Part shown: positions 38,673 to 47,444 of the stretch, one piece after another
Position numbering within the stretch: position 1 is the stretch's first letter
Layout of the letters: every line of letters starts with the position of its first letter
Origin: an uncultured Bacilli bacterium
GTDB lineage: Bacteria; Bacillota_I; Bacilli_A; RF39; UBA660
Assembly: GCA_934099115.1 (NCBI GenBank)
Contig: CAKOPK010000001.1
Span: forward strand, 17,682-81,681
Reading direction: 5' to 3'
Length of the DNA stretch: 64,000 bases
Program-made: the position numbers and the translations under genes
Notes under the pieces: model-generated
The model's input: only the letters and a program-made list of their open reading frames with translations
The model's database searches: none
Told to the model about the DNA's origin: nothing

Positions 38673-40049
38673 ATGGCATTAGATAAATATAATGAAAAAA
38701 GAAATTTTAAAAAGACAAAAGAGCCGGTGGGAAAGATGAGTAGTCATCATAAAAAATTACATTTTGTAGTTCAACATCATCTCGCTAGTAAAGAGCATTA
38801 TGATTTTCGCTTAGAATGGAGTGGTGTATTAAAAAGTTGGGCTGTTCCTAAGGGGCCTTCTTTTGACCCTAAAGATAAAAGATTAGCTGTTCAAGTGGAA
38901 GATCATCCCTATTCCTATCGTAATTTTGAAGGGATTATTCCTAAAGGGCAGTATGGTGGTGGAACTGTTATGCTTTTTGATGAGGGTTATTGGTATCCCT
39001 TAAATGATGTTGATTTTAAGAAAGGGAGTTTTAAATTCTTTTTAGATGGTAAAAGATTTAAAGGAATATGGACTTTAATTTATATGAAAGAAGATATGTG
39101 GCTCCTTATAAAAGAAAAAGATGAATATGTAAAGAAAATGAATATTAAGAAATGGACTACCAGTATTAAGACAGGAAAAAGGGTGAAAGAGATAGAAAAT
39201 CCAAATATGATAACTTTAGCTAATTTAAATAAAATTCCAATTACAAGTCCTGATAAAATTATTATTAAAAAGCCTAAAATTTCTAAATTAGATATTGTTA
39301 ATTATTATAAAAAAGTTTGGAAACGAATGTTGCCTTACATGCAAGATAGAATTATTAGTACGATACGTTGTCCAAATGGGAGTGATGGGGATTGTTTTTT
39401 TAAAAAGCATTTAGAAACGAAAAGTTCTGGATTAGGACGAATATATTTGCAAAATAATCATGAAAAGAAAGATTATTATTATGTAAAAAATGCGTTTGGA
39501 TTAATTGATGAAGTGCAAATGAATAGTTTTGAATTTCATGTTTGGGGTAGTAAAGTTAATCAATTAAATTATCCTGATATACTTGTTTTTGATTTAGACC
39601 CCGATGAAAATTTAAGTCTTTTAAAAGTTAGAAATGGGGTTAAAGATTTAAAAAAAATTTTAGATGATTTGCATTTAAATAGCTATTTAAAGACAAGTGG
39701 TGGTAAGGGTTATCATGTGGTTGTGCCTATAAAGAATAAAATGACTTGGAAAGAAGCTAGAGATATTACTAAAAATATTGCTTTATTAATGGAGCAAAAA
39801 TATCCAGATTTATATACTTCAAATATGAATAAAGAAAAAAGAAAAGGAAAAATATATATAGATTGGGTTAGAAATACAAAAGGTGCTACTAGTGTTGCTC
39901 CTTATTCAATAAGAATTAGAAAAAAGGCTACTGTCTCTATGCCTATTAAATGGAGTGAACTAGATAAAGTTAAACCTGATGATATTAGCATAGAAAAAGC
40001 TTTAAAAAGATTAAAAAGAAAAGACCCTTGGGAAGGGTTCTTTGATTAA
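38673..40049 (+). CDS. LigD-like NHEJ protein: 3'-phosphoesterase (PE) + polymerase/primase (Pol) domains, no ligase domain
   Basis: PE domain: HFVVQHHLASKEHYDFRLEWSGVLKSWAVPKGPS, VEDHPYSY. Pol domain: LVFDLDP, KTSGGKGYHVVVPI, IYIDWVRNTKGATSVAPYSIR. Confidence 0.85.
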   Translation: MALDKYNEKRNFKKTKEPVGKMSSHHKKLHFVVQHHLASKEHYDFRLEWSGVLKSWAVPKGPSFDPKDKRLAVQVEDHPYSYRNFEGIIPKGQYGGGTVMLFDEGYWYPLNDVDFKKGSFKFFLDGKRFKGIWTLIYMKEDMWLLIKEKDEYVKKMNIKKWTTSIKTGKRVKEIENPNMITLANLNKIPITSPDKIIIKKPKISKLDIVNYYKKVWKRMLPYMQDRIISTIRCPNGSDGDCFFKKHLETKSSGLGRIYLQNNHEKKDYYYVKNAFGLIDEVQMNSFEFHVWGSKVNQLNYPDILVFDLDPDENLSLLKVRNGVKDLKKILDDLHLNSYLKTSGGKGYHVVVPIKNKMTWKEARDITKNIALLMEQKYPDLYTSNMNKEKRKGKIYIDWVRNTKGATSVAPYSIRIRKKATVSMPIKWSELDKVKPDDISIEKALKRLKRKDPWEGFFD

Positions 40050-41251
40050 TTTTTGTTTATTTTAATTAGAAATTGATAACTATCTATTAAATCGGTTTCT
40101 TCTATAGAAATATTAAAGCCTTTATTTACTAAAGCATCTTTTGTTTCTCTTATTGCATTTATTGCTGTTTTTAAATCAATTCCTAATTTTTCTTCTACTT
40201 TTGTTTCATATTCTGGGTCTAAAGTATCTATTAAATCTACTGGGTCAAAGTCTTCTTCCTTTGGAGTTTCTAAACTTACAGGATTGCCAAAATTAGCATT
40301 AAAATTTTCTGCTAATTGTTCATTAGAAGTTTTCTCCTCTGGAGTAGATATCATACTTGGTAAATCATTATGGAATGTTGGAGCTTCTATTTTAGTTTCT
40401 TCCGTATTCATGTTTACTGTTTCATTTTCTAAGAAATTAAAGAAGTTTCCTTTTGAATTATTGGTTGCTTGTTCTACTGGAACTACATCAGGATTATACA
40501 TTTTTTCATGTTCTATTTCTCTTAATTTTCTAGCAATATCACTTTCTTCGTCTAATCTAGGAAGTTCTGTTGCTTCTTTTTTTATTGCTTCTATATCTAG
40601 AGGTTTTACTAAAGGAATATCAGAATCATCAGGATTATTATCTGTTCCCTCTAATTCTTTTTTTATACCGTCATCTAAATTACGAACTGTTAAACGTTCA
40701 TTAATTATCTTTTTTAACCATCTTTGTTGGGCTTCATGAGTTGGTAATACTAACAATGACCTAGCATGTCTTTCACTAATTTGATTATTTAATAAAGCTT
40801 GTTGCACTTCTTCATCTAGATTTAAAAGTCTTAATTTATTAGCAATAGCACTTTGGGATAAACCCATTTTTTTAGCTAATTCTGCTTGAGTTAAATAACC
40901 TTTATCTAATAAATTTTTATAACTTCTGGCTTCTTCAATTGGGGTTAAATCTCTTCTTTGAACATTTTCTACGATGGCTACTTCGGCACTTTTATTATCA
41001 TCGATATCGGCAATTACGGCCGGAACTGTTTTTAGGCCAGCTTGAACTGCTGCTTTATATCTTCTTTCTCCTGCAATTATTTCATACTTGTCTCCGGCTC
41101 TTCTTAGTACTAAAGGCTGAATTATTCCATGTTCTCTTATGGATTCTGCTAGTTCGTCTAGACCACGGTCATCAAAAGTTAATCGAGGTTGAAATCGATT
41201 TGGGATAATGCTTTCTATTGGTATTTGTAATATATTTTGCTCTAAATTCAT
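40046..41251 (-). CDS. ParB/Noc-family protein with a long acidic C-terminal extension
   Basis: IPNRFQPR, GIIQPLVLR, GERRYKAA and an HTH (QAELAKKMGLSQSAIANKLRLL), then ~200 aa of E/D/N-rich sequence. Confidence 0.85.
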   Translation of the reverse strand: MNLEQNILQIPIESIIPNRFQPRLTFDDRGLDELAESIREHGIIQPLVLRRAGDKYEIIAGERRYKAAVQAGLKTVPAVIADIDDNKSAEVAIVENVQRRDLTPIEEARSYKNLLDKGYLTQAELAKKMGLSQSAIANKLRLLNLDEEVQQALLNNQISERHARSLLVLPTHEAQQRWLKKIINERLTVRNLDDGIKKELEGTDNNPDDSDIPLVKPLDIEAIKKEATELPRLDEESDIARKLREIEHEKMYNPDVVPVEQATNNSKGNFFNFLENETVNMNTEETKIEAPTFHNDLPSMISTPEEKTSNEQLAENFNANFGNPVSLETPKEEDFDPVDLIDTLDPEYETKVEEKLGIDLKTAINAIRETKDALVNKGFNISIEETDLIDSYQFLIKINKN

Positions 41252-41327
41252 TTTATCAGCCCTCTTTATTCCCTATTTTTTCTTATAATTAATTTTAACA
41301 TTATTTATAGTGTTTTTCAATCAAAAA

Positions 41328-43016
41328 TTAATTAAACAGTGTTGTGTTATTTAATGTGGGATAGTTTTTTATAAGTTCTTCTTTTATATAGTTTGCTTTT
41401 TTGTATAGATTGGGATATTCTTTTAAATCTATTTTGTTTGTACAGATACTTTCAAAAATTCTTGCTCTATCCTCGGTGGGATAAGTTTTAGAATAAGCAT
41501 CTACGAAATAAACATCGGCATTATTATTTTCATTTAAGGTATATTTTAAAGTCGTTTTATCTGTATAAGAGTAATTATAACTAAAATTATCAGGATTATA
41601 ATTATTCCACTCTTCTAACATTTGCTTATTCATTTTTATAGCATTAAATTCTATATTATGTTCTAATTCATGACAGGTTAATTCTTCTATATTTGGCTCA
41701 TTTATATTTATAACTATCATGTATTGATAATCTTTTATTAAAGAGAAAGCGGCCGGGTTTGCGACTTGAGTAGCATAATCACTTGGTGTTAAAGCACCCG
41801 TTAAATAAATATTTAAACCTTTATAATTTTTTAAATAAAAATTATTAAAGAATTCTTTGTCAAATTTAGATAAGATTGTATCTATCTTGTTTAAAGCTGT
41901 TAATATAGTTTGTTTATCTTTTTCTACTTCAGCATAAAAATCAGGATATTCTAATACAGTTTCATCTTTTATTTTTATGTTTATATTATATTTTTCTTTT
42001 AAAGATTCTACTTTATCTGTTAGTTCTTGATTCTCTTTTTTTAAATATTCTTCTATATTTTCACTGATATTTATCTTGGTAATATCTAATTCATAAAAAT
42101 TGTTAGTATCCTGTAAACAATAAAAATATACTTTGTTATTAAAATTTTTTATGATAGTAATAGGATTAGAATTTGTAAAATCATGTTTATAATCTAATAT
42201 AGTATTATCTTCTAAATTTAAAAATAATAATTTATCATTTAAAGCATCATAAAGGGATAGTATATTATTATTTAAACTAGCAGCATAAAAATAACTTTCT
42301 TGATATTGATTGGTATAAGTATTATTGTTATTATTTTCTAAGTTTATTACTTTTATTTTATCTTTGTTAATGAATAAAAAACCAGAGGAATAAGGATAAT
42401 AATTGTCATATTCTAAAGTCTCTTCTTTTTCTTCATTAACATCATAAAGAATAAAATTAGTGTCATTTTTAAACAATATATAGGTATTGTTTTTGGTTAT
42501 AAAATAATCAAATATATTATATTCTTTTAAATCTATTGTTAAAGCTTTAAAATAAGTTTCTTTATTTTTTAATAAATATAAACTATTATCTTTTATTAAA
42601 AGAAAGTTATCTTTATAAGGAATAATATATGCTTCTTTCTCATCTTTTAATTTATAATTTAATACTTCTTTATTGTTATATAAAGTTATTTCTTCATCGT
42701 TAGAACAAGTAACCCATTCGTTTTTTAGACTGCAAGATTTATTTGTATTTCCTATTTTGTTAATAAGCTTTGATTGCTTGGTTTTTAAATCAAATTCTTT
42801 TAGATAGTAGTTTCCTTCATTTTCTTCATGAGATTCATAAGTTAAATAAAAAATACTATTTTCTATTATTTCAAAGTTAATTAAATTTTCTTCTATTTCT
42901 AAATTATAATTTGTCAAGATTGGTTCTTCTTTTTTTTCTTTTGTAATTTGAAAAAATGATATACAAAAAATAAGTACTATTATACTTAGTAATAATAAGA
43001 TGTCTTTTATTTTCAT
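41328..43016 (-). CDS. signal-anchored protein with a C-terminal HExxH (metallopeptidase-like) region
   Basis: N-terminal TM helix. Long N/K/Y-rich repetitive beta-like region. CHELEHNIEF at the C-terminal domain. Confidence 0.55.
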   Translation of the reverse strand: MKIKDILLLLSIIVLIFCISFFQITKEKKEEPILTNYNLEIEENLINFEIIENSIFYLTYESHEENEGNYYLKEFDLKTKQSKLINKIGNTNKSCSLKNEWVTCSNDEEITLYNNKEVLNYKLKDEKEAYIIPYKDNFLLIKDNSLYLLKNKETYFKALTIDLKEYNIFDYFITKNNTYILFKNDTNFILYDVNEEKEETLEYDNYYPYSSGFLFINKDKIKVINLENNNNNTYTNQYQESYFYAASLNNNILSLYDALNDKLLFLNLEDNTILDYKHDFTNSNPITIIKNFNNKVYFYCLQDTNNFYELDITKINISENIEEYLKKENQELTDKVESLKEKYNINIKIKDETVLEYPDFYAEVEKDKQTILTALNKIDTILSKFDKEFFNNFYLKNYKGLNIYLTGALTPSDYATQVANPAAFSLIKDYQYMIVININEPNIEELTCHELEHNIEFNAIKMNKQMLEEWNNYNPDNFSYNYSYTDKTTLKYTLNENNNADVYFVDAYSKTYPTEDRARIFESICTNKIDLKEYPNLYKKANYIKEELIKNYPTLNNTTLFN

Positions 43017-43073
43017 ATTCTCAATCCCTTATTATAAATATAATATCACTTATTTTCTTTTATGTCTATTTGT

Positions 43074-43781
43074 TTATTTTAAGACTTTCTTTTTTATTTG
43101 ATCATATCTACGAGGATATAGTCCTTTTGTTGGTTTTGTTTTTTTTATATCTAATATAGTTCTTGTGCTGCCTTCAAGAGGTAAATTAAAATCTATTTCT
43201 TTTTCTATTTGGCCATCTAAAACTTTAAGTGTGGATTTACTTTCTTCTAGTTCTTCTGTTAACTTGCCTTTCATAGGTAGAAAGTGGCCGTTTACCTTTA
43301 AATACGGGAAAGATAATTCTAACAGTATTCTTAAATGAGAAACTGCACGAGATGTTATAATATCGAAGTATTCTCTATATTCTTCAGGTAAGTCTTCTGC
43401 ACGAGATACAATACATTTTATTTTTGTGAGTTTTAAAGTTTTTGCTAAATTTTCTAAAAATTCAATTTTTTTATGATTGGAATCTACTAAAACAATATCT
43501 AAGTTAGGATAAAATATTTTTAGTACTAATCCTGGGAATCCGGCGCCAGTTCCTATGTCCATGATTTTTAAATCTTGGTTTAAATCTATTACTTTGGTTA
43601 GAGTTAAAGAATCATAAAAATGTTTTAAATAAATTTCATTTTCTTGTTTGATAGCTGTTAAATTAAATTTTTGATTATATTCTAGTAACTTGTCTTTATA
43701 GATTTCTAAATCTTTTAAGTTTTGATTAGTTACGTTGATATTAAGATTTTTTAATTCTTTTATAAATGTTTCTATGTTCAT
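43074..43781 (-). CDS. rsmG: 16S rRNA (guanine527-N7)-methyltransferase
   Basis: FNLTAI, DIGTGAGFPGLVLKI and SRAV motifs. Confidence 0.92.
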   Translation of the reverse strand: MNIETFIKELKNLNINVTNQNLKDLEIYKDKLLEYNQKFNLTAIKQENEIYLKHFYDSLTLTKVIDLNQDLKIMDIGTGAGFPGLVLKIFYPNLDIVLVDSNHKKIEFLENLAKTLKLTKIKCIVSRAEDLPEEYREYFDIITSRAVSHLRILLELSFPYLKVNGHFLPMKGKLTEELEESKSTLKVLDGQIEKEIDFNLPLEGSTRTILDIKKTKPTKGLYPRRYDQIKKKVLK

Positions 43782-43857
43782 AAATAGTCCTTTCTTTTTT
43801 CATATTATACAATAAATATAAGTATTTTTAAATATTATGTTTAAAAAAAGAAATAGC

Positions 43858-45717
43858 TTATTTGGTGGCATATTTCTTTTTTAAATAAACTGATAATATT
43901 GATAAATCTGAAGGGTTTACTCCGGATATTCTTGCTGCTTGACCCATTCTTGTTGGCCTTATTTTGTTTAGTTTTTGTCTTGCTTCACTGGCTAAATTTT
44001 TTATATCATCATAGTCAATGTCTTCAGGTATTTGTTTTTCTTCTAGTTTTAACATTTTTTCTGCTTCTTTATAAGCTTTTGCTATATATCCTTCATATTT
44101 TGTTTCAATACTTACTTCTTCTAGTATTTCTTTACTATAATTTATTGGAATTAATTTAGATATAAATTCTATAGTAATTTCTGGCCTTTTTAATAATTGA
44201 TATAAACTCATACTTGATGTTGGTATTATTATATTATTTTCTTTAAATAGTTGTTTCGTTTCTTCATTTAAAGATAAATTATTATTTTCTAAGATATTTT
44301 TAAGTTCATTTATTTGATTTTTCTTTTCTATTAATTTTTTATATCTTTCTTCATCAATTGTACCATTTTTATAGCCTATTTCTCTTAGTCTTAAATCTGC
44401 ATTATCATGTCTTAATATTAAACGGAATTCTGCTCTAGAAGTTAACATACGATATGGTTCTCCTGTTCCTTTGGTTACTAAATCATCAATTAATACGCCT
44501 ATATAGGCTTCATTTCTTTTTAATATTAAGGGGTCTATTCCTTTTATTTTATGATGAGCATTTATTCCGGCGATTAAGCCTTGACACGCAGCTTCTTCAT
44601 AACCACTTGTACCATTTATTTGACCGGCAGTGAATAGATTTTCAATTATTTTATTTTCTAGGCTTGGTTTCATTTCTAAAGGGTCTATTGCATCATATTC
44701 AATGGCATATGCATACTTTGTTATAACTGCATTTTCTAAACCACTTAAAGAGTGAACCATGGCCTCTTGAACATCTTTTGGCATAGATGTAGAAAAGCCT
44801 TGTAAATACCATTCATCATAGAATTCACTTTCTGGTTCTAAGAATAATTGATGACGTGATTTATCAGAAAATCTTACTATTTTGTCTTCAATAGAAGGAC
44901 AATATCTTGGTCCTATCCCTGTTACATATCCTCCATACATAGCTGATTTATCTAAATTTTGTTTTATAATTTCATGAGTTGTTTCGTTTGTATATAATAA
45001 ATAACATTTTTGTTGTTCATCTATTTTATATAGAGGCAAAGTATCAAATGAAAAAGTATAATATTCTTTATCTCCTGTTTCTTCTTTCATTTTTGTAAAG
45101 TCAATGCTTTCTTTTTTTATTCTTGGGGGAGTTCCGGTTTTTAATCTTTGAATAGTTAAGCCTAGATTTCTTAGATTATCACTTAAATTATTACTTCTTT
45201 CTTCACCATGAGGTCCTCCAGGATTGTTTTCGCTTCCAATTAGAATATTGGCTTTGGTATAAGTTCCTGTTGTTAAAATGACAGCTTCACTCTCTATTTT
45301 AGTGCCATCTCTTAAAATAACACCTTTTACTTTATTATCCGTTACAATTAAATTTTCTACCATGCCTTCAATTATACTTAGATTCTTTGTTTTTCTTAGA
45401 GCTTCTAACATATTTTTGGGGTATGTTATTTTATCAGCTTGAGCTCTTAGACTTCTGACAGCGGGACCTTTTCCATTATTTAGCATTTTAATTTGGAAAT
45501 GAGATTTATCAGCAATTATTCCCATTAATCCTCCTAGAGCATCTATTTCTCTTACTATAATACCTTTGGCTGTTCCTCCGATTGAAGGATTGCATGGCAT
45601 ATCGGCGATATTATTAATATTAGCCGTTACTAAAGCTGTTTTTAAGCCTAGAACTGCCCCTATATGAGATGCTTCACATCCAGCATGTCCTCCACCTACT
45701 ACAATTAAATCATACAT
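43858..45717 (-). CDS. mnmG: tRNA uridine 5-carboxymethylaminomethyl modification enzyme MnmG
   Basis: MYDLIVVGGGHAGCEA, CNPSIGG, GPRYCPSIEDK, AGQINGTSGYEEAA. Confidence 0.96.
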   Translation of the reverse strand: MYDLIVVGGGHAGCEASHIGAVLGLKTALVTANINNIADMPCNPSIGGTAKGIIVREIDALGGLMGIIADKSHFQIKMLNNGKGPAVRSLRAQADKITYPKNMLEALRKTKNLSIIEGMVENLIVTDNKVKGVILRDGTKIESEAVILTTGTYTKANILIGSENNPGGPHGEERSNNLSDNLRNLGLTIQRLKTGTPPRIKKESIDFTKMKEETGDKEYYTFSFDTLPLYKIDEQQKCYLLYTNETTHEIIKQNLDKSAMYGGYVTGIGPRYCPSIEDKIVRFSDKSRHQLFLEPESEFYDEWYLQGFSTSMPKDVQEAMVHSLSGLENAVITKYAYAIEYDAIDPLEMKPSLENKIIENLFTAGQINGTSGYEEAACQGLIAGINAHHKIKGIDPLILKRNEAYIGVLIDDLVTKGTGEPYRMLTSRAEFRLILRHDNADLRLREIGYKNGTIDEERYKKLIEKKNQINELKNILENNNLSLNEETKQLFKENNIIIPTSSMSLYQLLKRPEITIEFISKLIPINYSKEILEEVSIETKYEGYIAKAYKEAEKMLKLEEKQIPEDIDYDDIKNLASEARQKLNKIRPTRMGQAARISGVNPSDLSILSVYLKKKYATK

Positions 45718-45727
45718 TTTTTATCAC

Positions 45728-47071
45728 TTACTTTCCTAAACAGAACTTACTAAATAAAGTATCTAATAGTTCATCTTGATAACTTTCACCAGTGATTTCT
45801 CCTAATAATTCCCATGAAGCTTTAATATCAATTGCTATCATATCAACTGGTATTTCATTTTCTACGCTTTCTAAAGCACTATTAATATGTTTTAAAGCTT
45901 CTTTTATTAAATTTATAATACGAGTACTGGATACTACTTCTAAATTATTTTCATTTATTTGTTCTAAATCAAATAATTCTACAATTTTATTTTTTAAGTT
46001 ATCTAATCCATTATCATTTACTGTATTTCCTGTTATATAATTATTTTCTAATTTTAGATTGTTAGTTAAATCAGACTTATTCACAAACGTTATGTGAGTT
46101 TTATCTTTTAGTTTAGCCATTATTTCTTTATCTTCACTAGTTAATTCTTCATTATTATTTAATACATGAATTACTAAATCGGCATTTTCTATCATTTGAT
46201 AAGATTTATCAACACCTATTTGTTCTACTAAATCGGTTGTCTTTCTTATACCGGCGGTATCAATAAATTTTAAGCGTATTCCTTTTAGTTCAATTTGGCC
46301 TTCTACAATATCTCTTGTAGTTCCAGCGATGTCTGTTACTATTGCTTTATTTTCATTTAAAAAGGCATTTAAAAGACTGCTTTTTCCTACATTTGGTCTA
46401 CCTACAATTGCCACTTTAATTCCCTGTTCGATTATTTTTCCAATTCTAGACTCATCTAAAAGGCTTTCTAAGTTTCTTTTTATTTCTATAAGTTTAGGTG
46501 GTAAATTTTCCAAAGTTATTTCTAAAGCGTCTTCATATTCAGGAAAATCAATATTTACTTCAATATTGGCCATTAATTCCACAATAATGTCTCGTACTTT
46601 TTTTATCTTGTGAGATACTTTACCACTCGCTTGGTTAAGAGCTAGTTTTCTTTCTAAATCTGTTGCTGAATTAATTAAATTATTTACAGCTTCTGCTTCT
46701 GATAAGTCAATTCTACCATTTAAAAATGCTCTTTTGGTAAATTCACCAGGTTCTGCGGTACGTATTCCTTGTTCTAGTAATACCTCCATAATTTTTTTGG
46801 TAGTAGCTATTCCACCATGAGAATTAATTTCTACTATATCTTCTTTAGTATAGGTTTTTGGAGCTTTTAATATAGTTACTAAAACTTCATCAATTACTTC
46901 ATTATTATTTATAATATGGCCATAATGAATGGTATGACTACTTACTTTAGTTAAATCTTTACCGTCAAAAATTGCCGCTACTTTTTCTATAGCATCAGTG
47001 CCACTTACTCTTATTATGGAGATAGCACCTACACCTAGAGATGTTGAGATTGCACATATTGTATCAAACAT
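45728..47071 (-). CDS. mnmE: tRNA modification GTPase MnmE
   Basis: MFDTICAISTS, GRPNVGKSSLLN, DTAGIR, NKSD, C-terminal FCLGK. Confidence 0.95.
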   Translation of the reverse strand: MFDTICAISTSLGVGAISIIRVSGTDAIEKVAAIFDGKDLTKVSSHTIHYGHIINNNEVIDEVLVTILKAPKTYTKEDIVEINSHGGIATTKKIMEVLLEQGIRTAEPGEFTKRAFLNGRIDLSEAEAVNNLINSATDLERKLALNQASGKVSHKIKKVRDIIVELMANIEVNIDFPEYEDALEITLENLPPKLIEIKRNLESLLDESRIGKIIEQGIKVAIVGRPNVGKSSLLNAFLNENKAIVTDIAGTTRDIVEGQIELKGIRLKFIDTAGIRKTTDLVEQIGVDKSYQMIENADLVIHVLNNNEELTSEDKEIMAKLKDKTHITFVNKSDLTNNLKLENNYITGNTVNDNGLDNLKNKIVELFDLEQINENNLEVVSSTRIINLIKEALKHINSALESVENEIPVDMIAIDIKASWELLGEITGESYQDELLDTLFSKFCLGK

Positions 47072-47133
47072 AAAAAGTCACTCCTTTTTAAGCGACTTTA
47101 TTATAGCATTATTTTTAAGAAATTTCAAATTTG

Positions 47134-47442
47134 TTATTTTAATAAAAGCTTTAAGATATAGCTATATACTATTTTTATCAATAATAAGATTATTATAAAT
47201 GCAATAGGAAAAGTAAATATATATGGGAGAGGCATATAATATATAAAATTAGATACTATAGATATGATTATACCATTAGAAATTGCTATTAATATTTTAT
47301 TATATTTTAAATATTTCTTTTTTAATTTTTTATTAAATGTTTTTGATAAATCACTTATTTTATTTTTCTTTAAAATATATATATAATCTATACTAGCTAT
47401 TAGAATTGTTATTCCTATTATACTAAATATTATTTCTTTCAT
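47134..47442 (-). CDS. small three-TM membrane protein
   Basis: 102 aa and hydrophobic. Starts 2 nt after the stop of the 807-aa gene. Confidence 0.5.
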   Translation of the reverse strand: MKEIIFSIIGITILIASIDYIYILKKNKISDLSKTFNKKLKKKYLKYNKILIAISNGIIISIVSNFIYYMPLPYIFTFPIAFIIILLLIKIVYSYILKLLLK

Positions 47443-47444
47443 AT

